Below, piece by piece: positions 24,718-37,268 of a stretch of 64,000 bases of DNA; within the stretch, counting starts at the first letter, position 1; each line of letters starts with the position of its first letter. Below the pieces are notes generated by a model. That model did not search any database. It saw only the letters and a program-made list of their open reading frames with translations, and was not told the origin of the DNA. The translations under genes were made by a program, and so were the position numbers. This DNA comes from Parasitella parasitica NRRL 2501 (Eukaryota > Fungi > Mucoromycota), in contig MU619276.1 of the NCBI GenBank assembly GCA_025201805.1, forward strand, positions 7,512 through 71,511, written 5' to 3'.

Positions 24718-25382
24718 CTAGTTTTCAGCTTTGCCTTTCTTATTACAACTGTGATCGTTCGAAAACGAGGCAGGGATCGATCTTTTTCTGGTTAATATAG
24801 GGTGACAATTAGCTGACTGAACCATAAAAAAAAATAAAAAAATTATATAGAAAAGTTACCTTTTAGTTTCATTTGTTCTACCACCGCCAAATGGAGAAGA
24901 CGGTATCATAAAAGGGCTGGCTGAGTTGATGTTACCGTGGATCGGGCTCACCATGAAATTGGATTGATAGAATTCAGGATAAAATGTAGATGGAGAAGGC
25001 AGGTTTTGAACAAACTGAGACGGTAAAGCAGAAGGCGGAGGTAAACTGTTGCACTAAAAAGACACGTGTAATGAATGTTTACTATCAAGTTGTCTAGTCA
25101 GATTTCATAAATCTTACGTGCAAATCATCCTTTGTGTTACTATCCTGTTGCGTGTTCTCTGCTGGTATTCTCACTCGCAATTTCGGTCTTTTCTCTGGTG
25201 TTCCAGGCTCTGATCTAGGAGACTGATCTGGCGAAAACTCTTGCTGAGTAGTGGCAGGTGAGCTGTCAGGCGAATGATACAGCCCAGGAGTGCCTGATGG
25301 GTACAATAAAGGGTTGCTTGTTGTGTTGAATGGCCTTTGAGGCAACAAATACATTTGTTGCTGATGATGGTGATGATGATGA

Positions 25383-25476
<94 letters not shown>

Positions 25477-26256
25477 GAATCTGTTGTTGGTGCTGAAGCA
25501 GCTGAATCTGCTGCTGCTGCTGCTGCTGCTGATACATGTGATCATATGTTTGCGGATAAGCATTGACGGGTTGAGGAATCATTTGCTGCTGCTGCTGCTG
25601 TTGTTGTTGTTGTAATACAACAGGTGGCTGCTGGTGCATGGTGTAACCATTACCATGAGGCGTATAGGAGAATGACATGCCGGATTGAGTCGGGACCATC
25701 TGCGCCAATGGATGGGCCTGAGGAGGATAAATGTAGTGTTGCTGTTGTTGCAGTGGTTGAGGTTGAGCCATTATAATGTGATGGCTGGGCCTTTCAGTCT
25801 TCTGATGCTGTTCGTTTGGGTCATTCTCGGAATAGATTTGCGACTCGGCATCGTCTTCGTTTTTGCCATCTCCATTCTCAATAAACTGATTACAAAAGAA
25901 AGGTTAATACTTTGGACATCTCGGGATAGCTGAGCAACTTTACATCTTGGTTTGTTTTGATGTCTTTGGGCAAATCGCTCTAGTTAAAGGGTATTCATTT
26001 TTCAGCGTCCTGGCTTCAGATACATTGTGAGCAGAGATGTTACCTTGTTGAATTGAGTCATCAATGTCGTCATGTCAGAGCTTGAATACTGAATCATTTT
26101 ATTGTTGGAGGGAATAATGACCAACGCAACTTCACAATTACACAAAACACTCAGTTCGTAAGCCTTCTTCATAAGGCCGTGCTTTCTCTTGAGAAAGGTA
26201 ACTTGTCTGTTGCGATCGTCCTTGATAGGTTGGATTTGAATCTTTTTGCGTCCCAT
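24718..26256 (-). CDS. MEF2-type MADS-box transcription factor (Rlm1/Smp1-like) with polyQ
   Basis: [45 protein letters not shown], and C-terminal [19 protein letters not shown]. The last exon is ambiguous, with an alternative stop at 24856. Confidence 0.9.
25383..25478 (-). repeat. (CAA)n microsatellite, about 30 units, encoding polyQ
   Basis: Uninterrupted tgt/ttg run within the MADS gene exon. Confidence 0.95.
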
Positions 26257-26853
26257 GCTAATAAAAAAAAAGAGCCCTTTATCGTAAGTCAAGCTGCTGC
26301 AGCTTCCGAGCGATTTCTTGTGGTTTACCTTTTTGTCGTGATGTGAGAGAAAAGCGTCTAGTTCAAATCAAATTTGCTAAATTAACTTTTATAGAAGGAA
26401 CCTGAAAAATTTTCAGGTAAACCTTGTAAATGTTGAGAGATCAATGGTTATTTATAGAAGTGCTGCCTTAAAGCACTCCGTTTCAATTGAATTTTGGCGA
26501 CGCGTCTGGCTGCCACTTTTTGCTTTTGAGTAATAAAACCATGTGTTTTGTATACATTTGAAGCACAAAGTAGCGCATCACATTTATTTATATCATGGCA
26601 TGAATTTCCATTGTTTAATTTTATAATTGGCATCAATGCTAAGCTTGAATCCGCTCGAACATGTAACTTTGCAGCCGTCGTTTCAAAGCCACTACCCATA
26701 TCCATATAGACTTGTATAATTCTCATAAGGAAAAATTGAGGGTACCCTTTAAATTTTTATGAGTGAAACATGACCATTCGTAAAAAAAAAAAAAATTGGC
26801 AAATCTAAACCATGATGTATTTTATTAGTCCCCCCCCCCCTTTTTTTTTTCCT

Positions 26854-28378
26854 TTATGATTCCGAAACTGCTCGTGGGCCTCCAATGTCGTGCTGTGTAG
26901 TGCCCTTTAAAAATCGTCGAGTTAAAAATACATGTGAATGGCCTGTGCACTCTATGGTGATGTCCTGAAACGGGTAATCAAATCGAATGCTGTAGGTCAC
27001 CGTAGGATCATCTTGCGTGATGGAAGATCGAAGCCAGTCCAACACTTGGTTGGCAAAGTTCAAACATACTGATGGATTCTACATGCGACATGAGTAACGT
27101 GAAATTAGATTGGTCACCCACTGTATCGATTTTTACCCAAGTATTTCGCTTCTCTCTCACTTGCCGTGGTATGTCTAATGTTTTGAACTGCACAACATCC
27201 ACTACAATACCTTGGTCGTCCCTGAACCCGCAAATGATTCTGGGCACGCCAACCAAGAACGATTGGGCCCAAAATTTCAATAGTTTGTATCTACATATAC
27301 ATGCAAGCCGTTGTCTGTTGGTATAACATATATATATACATATATACATATAAAAAAAAACGGCGTGTATCGACTTGCCTATCAAAAGAATACTGGTTCC
27401 GTTCCGATTCAATAACCCTCGATGTCTTTAGCTCGATATAATTACTAGGCTGCTGCAGCGGATCGTTTGGTTTTACATCTTTTGCATAGAATGTTCGATT
27501 ATCAAAAATGCCTCATTTCACTGTGTTTGGTTTGACAAACCTCTGCAACAATCGACTTCGGCTCCCATGATGATCGAGTTGTTTCCTAGTTTAGTTTTCG
27601 CTAGGATGCAGTACTGGATATTTGTGTTTGCGCTTGCTGTCAGCCTGTCTTGCAGTTCTGCGTCGTTTTTCGTCATTTCGCGCGGTGGCTTTGTCACTGT
27701 GCACAAAGTTTCAAATCTGTATCCCCAGTAACTCATCAGCTTCTGTCGATCGGACGCTTGCTTCTCTTCGTTCTTCTTTTTCTCCGTCACTTGCTCTTCT
27801 ATATAGATGGCTCCCTATAGAATTACACGTATTTTGCGTGAATCACACAATGCCCCCCTCCCAACGGCCTCAATGTCCACGTACATTGTGTCTCGTTGCT
27901 CGCAATTCCCATGCATCTTTTCTGGAATAAGGCGTGCACATTATTTTTGTCATGATTCCACGCCATGTTACAATGTCGGCTGTGAATTGACCATCACGAG
28001 GCCGTGTCGCATTTGCATTGGTCAAAGCATCCAGTAGACTGTCAATGTGCTCAGGGACGCTTTCGTCTCTCTGTATCATTTTGTCATAGCCCGTGTTCAG
28101 ATCTTTCTTTGCTGTGGTGGGAGGATAGTAGTATTTCTGCGCCGTGTTCGTTTCGATTAATGAATCAGGTTGGCTGTGGGTTACATAGTGTGGCAATAGC
28201 GTACCATTTCGCGGTTATCGAACCATACGCGTCTTTCATGATCGATACTATATGACGTGATTTCCTGTGGTTGCTTGTACACAGGAAAGCGGCCCTCATA
28301 GGATTCGTTTTTACCTAGTCTAAAGCTCGGAAGCGAGTCTAATTTTCTTCTTTTACGCTGCTGATTATCACCATCCAT
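26854..28378 (-). CDS. RAI1: Rai1/DXO decapping and 5'-3' exoribonuclease; multi-exon
   Basis: ADIVTWRGIMTKIMCTPY, MSYWGYRFETLC, IMGAEVDC, YIELKTS, KLLKFWAQSFLVGVPRIICGFRD. Confidence 0.93.
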
Positions 28379-28442
28379 TAGTATTTTTCTTTCAAAAAAG
28401 TAAATGAAAAAGGAGGAAAAAATGAGGAGGCTATGCGGGTTT

Positions 28443-31400
28443 TCAAAACGATCTTTTATTCATGGCATTGTTGGATGCTGAGGGATGCAATCGATACTTC
28501 AAATGCTCGCTAATAACGCAACAGGTTGCCATTTTAGGTCCCGTGTTGTTGCTGCCTGGTGCAGGGTGGTTGGGATATTTCATAATGTACTCGTCCAGAC
28601 CGGGGAGATCAGGCTCAAACGACTGCACAATGCGGATAATGACAACACCGGGTTCTAAGTAACGTTAATAGACGCTCGAAACAGCCCGTGCAACAACAAC
28701 TAGCGCATTTACCTGTCCACGGCGACAAATTCAACTCTACACTGGTCGACAGCTTGAAGCAATAGGGCGTAGTTTGCTTAAAGTGGCCAGACGCAGGCCA
28801 AAACATGAACGAGGATTGATCTGGGAGGATAAACTCGACGGCTAGCTGGTTGGTATCGCTGCAATTGAAAATATCCACTTCCAAGCGTAGTTTGACGGGA
28901 TATTTCGATGCAAATTTGTAGGGTTTATCAGGGTTGGATTGTGGCAGTACAATGTCTGCTGTTGTGCGTTTTACGGGATTGTCGACGCATATGTCTAAAG
29001 GTAGAAACGACTTTTTTTTTTTTTTTCATAAGTGTTGTTAGTTGTCGCTTATCTGCTATAATGGTCTCTTTAACTCACTGTGATGAATGAATGTAATAAC
29101 GACATCTTGGTTGTGGTTGGCAGTTCAATAGCTGACGATAAATCCTGTTCCAATTTGCCCAACGTGTGGTCATCTCGATGGCTAAACTGCTGCTGGATAA
29201 GTTTGACTCGTTGATGGTACGCCAAAAGCATGTTTTTAACATTGAATGAGGTAGCATTGGAACTGGATGAAATTTAATGTTGAGCGTCGCAAATTATTGC
29301 CACACGGCTGATCACTTACATTGGCATCTGCTTCAATATACCAAATATCCAGACCATATTTGCCAAGATCCGGAGATGCATGGCAGCATGAAGCGTGCCT
29401 TTCGACAAGCCTAGATACGTATGCTGCATCGTATAAGAATGCTTCAATAACGATGCGGCGGCTAACTGCGCTGTCGAGGCATACGTTGGCGAAGAATGGC
29501 TTTGTTTCACCTTAATAACAATCTGGTAGCATTGCAGATGGAGCTGGGCTAGTTCAGATTGACCGACTAACAATGGTTTTAGACTGGAAATGTATTTGAA
29601 ATTTCGAGTTGCTACATCAATCGTAAGTAATGCTGTTGCCAGCTCATTGCGCTCCACTTGGGTTCGAATCACTTGAAGCATGTCGATTGTAGCTGTCATG
29701 TAACTTTCTGCGTCAGCCGTTACTAATTTCTTTGCCGAGGCTACACAAACATTTAGGGCATGACAAACGTTAAACAGATGCAAAAAAAAAAACTTACCAC
29801 TAAATGTCATTGGTAAGCAATCAACATCGCCCTCTAGTCTAATGCCGGCAATCTTGTACAATTTCTAGTTTTTTTTTTTTTTTTACCAGTGGGTATTTTT
29901 AGCAACGGCCTCACCTAAAACAAGTCGGCACTGTCTCACTTACTCGTAAATCGGGAATGCAATCTGGGTATTTGCTTTTAAAGTATGCGAAATGTCGGAA
30001 AATGTATTTGGGCAAATGGTGCAGCAATTTGACATTGGACGAACAAGCATTCACTATCAGAATCACATAGGCTGTGTACATGATGTCCTCTACATTGGCT
30101 TCTTTTGGAAGATAGCGCCTATCTAGTTTCAACAAATCAGGCACCAACGCCTCTACGTAATCATCATGTCGTTTCCCAACATCCCGTAAACATCGGTAAA
30201 TCGACAGCACATCCATCGGATACCGTTTGGTGTTGGCTTCAAGCGCATCCAAAAGTGTCGTCAATGAGACGGGCACTGTTAAGCGCACAACCCTATATTT
30301 GTGATTCTTAGTAGCCTTGTCTCGGAAAAAACAGTTGACCCCCATTGCTCTTACGTGAATAGCTCGTGAGTTGCCTGTCTTGCTGATGGATCACTGTCCT
30401 CTAAAGCACCCACTGCAATTTCTAGCTGTTCTTCGTCAAACTCAAGCGTAGATTTTGTGCCGATTTTACGTAAACTATGAATCGCATTTAGCCGAATCTT
30501 GTCAATATCGTCGTTGAACATATCTAATTTGCTCTTGTCAATGATCTCAGAGCCCTATGAATGCAAAAAATGTCCAACTTACCGACCAAAAACTCCACGG
30601 CTTTCTTGGTTAGTTGCTCGTTATACATACACAATTCACATATAGAATCTATCGGCAGTGTTAGTAGTGCCATCTCTAATCTACATGCGTCTAATTATAT
30701 ACCAATGGCAGCATTTCTGACTTCTTGAAACTCGTCTTCCAATCCATGAATAAATGAACCACACGCACCAGAATCTAGTATATGAAACTCGTCAGATTCC
30801 ACGTCAATATCTCCTTCAGCTACAGGTATTTGTCCATTGGCATATTTCTTTTGCTGTGCCTTGTATCTCGGTAATCTTCGCTTCAAATGTGACATGATCT
30901 GCTTACTGAATGTTTGGCTCAACATGTCTGGGCCTACGTGCTGATACGATGCCATCATGACGCAGGCTTTAGTTCTCACTGTAATCGCAGAGTCGTTGAC
31001 AAGGTCGCACACTTTATTGAAAGCGTCATCAATGAGTCGAGTTGTTTCGTTTACTTCTTCGTGTGCCAATTTCATTCGATGCTCGGGATATAATGAGCTC
31101 AAGACGCCCATTAAATTCAATCCGCCCATACGAACTTCTTCATAGTCGTCTCTCAGCGAAGCGACCGACAAGTTGTAAATAGCCAAATCAAGCGGACACC
31201 CTCTTAGATGCATCTGCACAAGTGCATCAAGCGCACTTTTTCGAACTCTTGGGTCGCTATCTCGAGTATAGTTACTGACAATCTTTTGTACCGACATATC
31301 TGTCATTGTGGCATGGTCGCGAAATACAAACGGCAAGAGCGATAACAGAGAAATGCTGATTGCTCGCACTTTGTGATGTGAATTGGATAGATCAAATATC

Positions 31401-32241
31401 AGTTTTCCGTAAAGCGTTGATATCAATGCAGTGTTGTTTGGTTCCAGAAGAATTTGGCGGCTCTGTTGGTATAGATCAAGTTAGGCGTCTCAGCAGCGAG
31501 GCTTTTGGCTTGCTTTTACAAACCTTTAAAATATGGTAAATGCAATTGTATACGTGCCACTTTACTTTGGTTGATTCGCAATGTAGCTATCGATTAGCTG
31601 TTAGATACACATCAAGAGAAAGTGAGGGAGAGAGGGAGGAAATATCGATGGAATACCTCTTTCAACAAGTATGTGAGCACAGTCAATGCATTGACATTGG
31701 GATATCGAGAGCATTTCTCAACAAGTAGAATCATCATTGCCTTGAATTCAAAGGAATACATGAGTATTTCGAATGTCGCATCACTTGAGTCTTACTTTAG
31801 CATCTCCATCTCGCTCTTTATCAAGTCGTTGTATAATGATCTCAATAATCTCTTTTTGCTGTTCCACTGTGAATAAAGATATATGCCGAGCAATGGATAA
31901 TAAACACTATGAAAAAATTTATTAGATTTCAGCAGCATGGCAAGCTCTTCTTTGTTCGCACCTGTATACGTTGGTTAACATGGTCGGATTCCAAGTCATT
32001 CAACCGTAACTATGGAAACCTTATTAGCTCAACATATATTCGCTGCCATCTCTTTATTTCGTTACATTGGTCCAATTGACTCCATTTGCAACGTGGTTTT
32101 CGATAGGGACGTTGGATGCAATACTAAACACGAGAAAGTTAGCATATACGTCTCGTCGTTTGTGTTGAAATGAATATACATTTGTTTACTGTTATTATGA
32201 TCAAGCAAATATAAAGCATCTTGTTCCAATACTCTTTTCAT
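28443..32241 (-). CDS. INTS4: Integrator complex subunit 4 (HEAT repeats plus C-terminal beta domain); many exons
   Basis: DSDPRVRKSAL, LRDDYEEVR, RLIDDAFNKVCDLVND, GACGSFIHGLEDEFQEVRNAAI|DS, FLVDMFNDDIDKIRLNAI are INTS4 hallmark blocks. Confidence 0.88.
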
Positions 32242-32434
32242 TGATTTTCGAATATTTTAGACAGGTAATGAAGCGTTGTGGCATGAACTTGGACATCGAC
32301 ATTGGAGATGGAGGCGTCTACAATATCCTGACGTCACGAGACCGAAATTGTTGAATGTCCTTTTTCCAAAAAAAAAAAAAAAAAAAAAAAAAAAAGGTCT
32401 TTGGTGTTTTACGTCTTTTAGATCCAACACAAAG

Positions 32435-33833
32435 ATGAGCGGCTATCCTTATCCCATTGATCTCAATCGACAGCCTATACAGATCCAGCCTATGCCTCAG
32501 CAAACGCAGCATATAATGCCTCGACCAGTGATGCCAGGTATACCTTCTGTTCCCCTGTTGCCACCACAGCAACAACAGCAGCAGCCACATCACCAACATC
32601 TCATGTACGCCGCTGCCGCCGTTCCTTCATCAAACATGCAAGGATTTTTCTCATCCTACTCGGCACGTATTAAAAGATCTCAAGAAAACGCTCTCTTATT
32701 GCCCGTTAGCTACATTACCGAAAAAAGGCATCGTCTAGGTGGCGATTCAGATGACGATTTTGAAGAAATGCTGGAGGATTCCGATAACGAGGATGATTCA
32801 GACAACGAAGAAGGCAACGGTGGTAGGCAAAAGCGACTTGCTGCTTCTGCGGCTGCTGCTGTAGAAGCAGATGCTAAATCATTAGCAGCGATGCAAGAGC
32901 AACAAAAGAAACTCCCAAAAATACCACACAAGAAAAACCTCTTGTATCCTCAAACTACTGATTTCGTGCGCATGTCTGAGATCTCTGAAATACTGGTGCC
33001 TATACGACTGGATATTGATATGGATGAAGTGAAATTGAGAGATGTATTTTTATGGAACATGAATGGTAAATCTACTGAAAGATTGACATTTGGTTCCTGT
33101 TTTTTTTTAACAGCTTTTCTGCTCCAGAACAATATTTGACCCCAGAGATGTTTGCGGAATTACTGTGCGAAGATTTACAACTAGAATATCAGAAATTCAT
33201 CAAACCTATTGCAGAATCCATCCGTGCTCAGATTTCAGATTTTGAAGCCATTCACGAACACAAACTTCCAAATGGAGGTAGCAATCAAATTGTTGAAATC
33301 AACGTAAGCTGTTTGTTTGACAACATACTTTATCAGTGCATATATATATTTATTTATTTCTTATAGTTGGATCTTCAAATCGGCAAGGTCAATTTGAGAG
33401 ATAAATTTGAATGGGATCTCAACAATGTCAAAACAGATGCTCCCGAAGTGTTTAGCAGACAATTAGCAGCAGATTTAGGTCTTGGTGGCGAGTATGTGGG
33501 TATTATAGCCCATGGTATTCGAGATCAACTACTCAAACACAAAAAGAAGATGGTAGAGGAGGTGAGCGAAGTTTGGCATTTTTTGCCCATCGGCATTTTT
33601 ATTAATATTTCCCCATCCACATAGTTTGAAAGAATAGACAGAAGAGGATTTACCGCTGAAACTATTCTAGAGAGTGGATATAGAAAGATTTCAGATGCCA
33701 CAAAGTGGGCACCAAAACTTGAGGTTCTCTCGAATGATGAATTGGAAAAGCTTTTGATTGCCCAAGAAAGAAACATTAGACGTCTTCGTCGTGAAACTAG
33801 ATTCAAGCGCAATAGTAGACGTTCCAGAAACTA
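32435..33833 (+). CDS. SFH1: SNF5-family chromatin remodeling subunit, Sfh1-like (RSC)
   Basis: LVPIRLDID...LRDVFLWNMN, TPEMFAELLCEDL, LRDKFEWDL, PEVFSRQLAADLGL, WAPKLEVLS..E...ERNIRRLRRET. Confidence 0.85.
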
Positions 33834-34360
33834 AAAATATACTACTCGATAATAATTCTGTACATAAAAAAATCTAATTCTATTGAAATTGCCCTGCATT
33901 TGCGCAATCCTACAAGCTAACTGCAACTTAAAAGGTATAAACATAATATTGTTTTAGCAATATGTGAGAAAACTACTCAAGAAGATAGGCGAACGTAGGC
34001 ACAGAGTACGCTTGTTTATTCACAATCTAATAACTATGTTTGCAATTGTGTTTTCACCGAGACACTTGACCAAGCTCAATTGGTCTTGAAGTAAAGTCTA
34101 GAGGCTTTTTTTTTTTTTTTTTTNNNNNNNNNNTCAAGTGTATTTAAACCGGTATATCCCACTTCTTGATCGAGTGGAATTGACCAGTAGAGCAGCTTCG
34201 TACGCTTATACTACGACAAAATCATTCACACACAGACGTCTCAATGACGTTGGTTTTTAACAAAGCATTAAGACCGCCAAGGTTTTCTTGATAATTAGAC
34301 AGCATCGTCTTTTTTCTCTTTCTCTGTCTCTCTCTCTCTCTCTATTTGCATAACATTTAG

Positions 34361-36061
34361 ATGCTATGGATTTTTACCCTTAAATTCTTATTCTCTACAA
34401 GAGAATTCATTTGTATATCGGCCATCATTTTTTTAGCATGGCTTTTGACGGGATACCCACAATGGCGACAGGGAAGGCGTGCAGCATTATCGGCGTCAGT
34501 TGCACATCCGATAGCACTCGGAAAACATGAGCAGCAACAAAATGACGAGGGAACCACTACTGTCAATGCACAAGATACCGACAAGGCAGCAAAAGAAACG
34601 GCCCGCTCATCAGCATCAGAAAACACGCTCAAGAAAGTGTCGTTGGCACATTATATCCTGGTTGCACCTTTTGCAGCACTTTATATCGTTGGCAGGGCAA
34701 CAATCGACACCGTTCGATATGGCCTTTACTACCTGATTTGGGCATGTGAAAGGGCACTGCCTCACCTGGATGATTGGCTATTTGAGTTTGTCACTGTGAT
34801 CATCCCCAAGGCATTTGCGTCCATGGAATTATGGTGGACAGATCAGGGTAGACCTGCTTGCACTTGCTGCTACGCTTACGTTCAACAGCACATTATTCCC
34901 GGCACGGTCCATGGTCTGGAAGTTGTTTTCGTTGGCTGTTATAAAGGCATGTGTGCTATACAGACAGCTTCGATGCGGTTCATTGCTGCGTGGAGAATAT
35001 TTGTGGATCGCCATGATTGGCGCCAGTTGGTCACAGACTTGAGCGACATTGCGTTTGAAACATGCTGGGTTCCTGCTGCCCGGATTTCGGCCCGAGCAAT
35101 TCATCTATGCAAAATTTCTTGGGCTGGTGTGCGCGCCATGGCCATCTCAATAGCAGAGGATATAAAATGGACCTGCACAGTCGCAATTCCTGCTGTTTAC
35201 AGATACGTGATATCTCTTCGAATCACTCACGCCTGCTATTACGGTTTAGTTGCAGCAACGGAAGGAGCTCGATGGGGCTTTGTTTGTGTTAATGACTACC
35301 TGCTTGCTCCAACGATTGGGCGACTTTTGACATTCCTCGTCCGATCTATCGATAGCTTGATCTTGCTATTGCAGCAACGTACAATACATGAAAAACTGAA
35401 ACGACTATACCGACTAGTTGCTCCAAATGCTGTGTGGATGCTTGCGGATTGCGTTGCAATTATCAACGGCCTCTGTGTAGCGAGTTTGCTTGTCTACGAT
35501 GAGCTGCTCCGACCCGCCTACCATTTATTTATGAAACACATTATGCCCTGTTTGACGATTGCTTACACAGCTGCTGCTACTAATTTAGCAAAATGGTATA
35601 ACGTACATTTCTACCCTGCATGGTTGGTGATTTATCCTTATTTGAACGCTCCATTGCTCTGGATGCACACTAACCTGACGCTCCCGATCTGGCGACAAGC
35701 GTATCATATTGCGGCCTCCATGATCAACTACATTACACAGCATTTGAGTGCTCAGCTCTGGAATTTGTGCGCTAAAATAGCTGCAATGACTTTAGCCTAT
35801 GCTCAAAGTGTTTATAGTTTCATTCGGCTCTGGTTACTCAAACAGGCACCTGCTCTTGCTAGCCTCGTTCATTTGTCTTATGAGACGGTCATTCAAGTGT
35901 GCGATTGGAATGCTCTGCAACAAGAAATTAAAGCCACTGTATCGTTCGTGTATGATTCAGTTTCTGACCAAGCTAAAATGGTGTACTCTTCTTTGGAAAG
36001 GTCTTTGAGTAGCTGGGCAGATGAGCAGCAGTCAGCCGTAGATACACTGGGAAAAACATAG
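34361..36061 (+). CDS. Uncharacterised 566-aa hydrophobic, Trp/Tyr-rich membrane-associated protein, single exon
   Basis: Long intact ORF with an N-terminal TM segment and repeated amphipathic helices punctuated by Pro. Confidence 0.75.
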   Translation: MLWIFTLKFLFSTREFICISAIIFLAWLLTGYPQWRQGRRAALSASVAHPIALGKHEQQQNDEGTTTVNAQDTDKAAKETARSSASENTLKKVSLAHYILVAPFAALYIVGRATIDTVRYGLYYLIWACERALPHLDDWLFEFVTVIIPKAFASMELWWTDQGRPACTCCYAYVQQHIIPGTVHGLEVVFVGCYKGMCAIQTASMRFIAAWRIFVDRHDWRQLVTDLSDIAFETCWVPAARISARAIHLCKISWAGVRAMAISIAEDIKWTCTVAIPAVYRYVISLRITHACYYGLVAATEGARWGFVCVNDYLLAPTIGRLLTFLVRSIDSLILLLQQRTIHEKLKRLYRLVAPNAVWMLADCVAIINGLCVASLLVYDELLRPAYHLFMKHIMPCLTIAYTAAATNLAKWYNVHFYPAWLVIYPYLNAPLLWMHTNLTLPIWRQAYHIAASMINYITQHLSAQLWNLCAKIAAMTLAYAQSVYSFIRLWLLKQAPALASLVHLSYETVIQVCDWNALQQEIKATVSFVYDSVSDQAKMVYSSLERSLSSWADEQQSAVDTLGKT

Positions 36062-36408
36062 AAAAAGGTCTTGATTACAGAGAAATCCTACGGCAACATG
36101 TGTCACTCTCGTTCAAAGACTAGATAAGATGTAGAGGAACTGTTGTTTAGATTTTAGTGCCTGTACATCGATAATGTGACGAAGAATGAAAGAGTATGCA
36201 CTAATTTATATTAGAAGATGGACAAATTTGTTTACAATCAGATCTTGCTTGTCATTTCAGATGAGGAGGCGAAAACGACCCAAATAAAATCCCCTTTTTC
36301 ACTTGGTTTTGGTAGTAATCAAATACACTAGTTTGCAGTTCTAATATAGTGGCATTCTTTCGGGTGTAAGAATTTTCTGTTTTTCGCCATGTTTGTTTAT
36401 ACATTCAA

Positions 36409-36446
<38 letters not shown>

Positions 36447-37268
36447 CTATATATTATAGTTTTATTTTCTGTATAAAATTTGGTGCTACTTCAAGGCTCC
36501 AATTGAGCTAATACTGTAACTAATATCCCTCGATAATTTTAGTATGCAACATAAAATAGAAATAACTATACTTTCTATTGCTAGGGAGTGGGTTTCTTAT
36601 TTTTTTTTTTTTTTTTCATACTAATGCACTGGCAAATTTTATAGTCTCGTATTAACTGGTTTTTGTTTGAATCCAATTTTATAGAACCAAGATGGGCAGG
36701 TTTTAGATATTCTGTACATGTAGAGAATGCCTCAAATGTGGTAACATATTATCTATATATACTGTTGTGCAAGCCTCAAAGCCATTAATATAGTGCTGCT
36801 TGAATGGTGCGATGCTGGTGTCATGATTATTTTTTCAAGTATAGCCTACTTGCCGTAATTGACCTGTTCCGAAGAAATAGCAATTACAGTCAGCTTTGAT
36901 TGGGACGGACACTGTTTTAGCATTGATAATAAACCTTTTGGAGCTAAATTATAGTCAATTACACCAGTCATTTAGGAGTGGTACAAAGAATCAGTTTGGG
37001 TAGGGGCTAAAATAACCGAATTTGGGAGGGGAGGGGGCGACCTCCACCAAAAAAATCAAAAAATCTTTGGCCCAAGTCTTACCTTTTTTATAAAATCTAG
37101 ACCCTCCAGCCTTCTTTTATTTCTTGTTCAATTTTTTAGTTTCTTCCATAAAACCCCCCCTTTTTTTTTTCCATCTAAAAAAGTTTTTATTTTATCTTTG
37201 GAGGTTTATGAGCCTTTTTACTTCTCTGAATACTCTTACAACATAACACAATAGATTGCCACCCCTAA

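Noticed and set aside
25171-25615. Poly-N, poly-V and poly-L ORFs
   Set aside because: Alternative frames of the CAA repeat in the MADS gene.
17877-26256. Mating-type (sex) locus suggested by PRM1 and a MADS gene
   Set aside because: No HMG-box sexP/sexM, triose-phosphate transporter or RNA helicase gene is present.
28443-32241. U12-type introns in INTS4
   Set aside because: The donors I traced are ordinary GT types, and none shows the RTATCCT signature.
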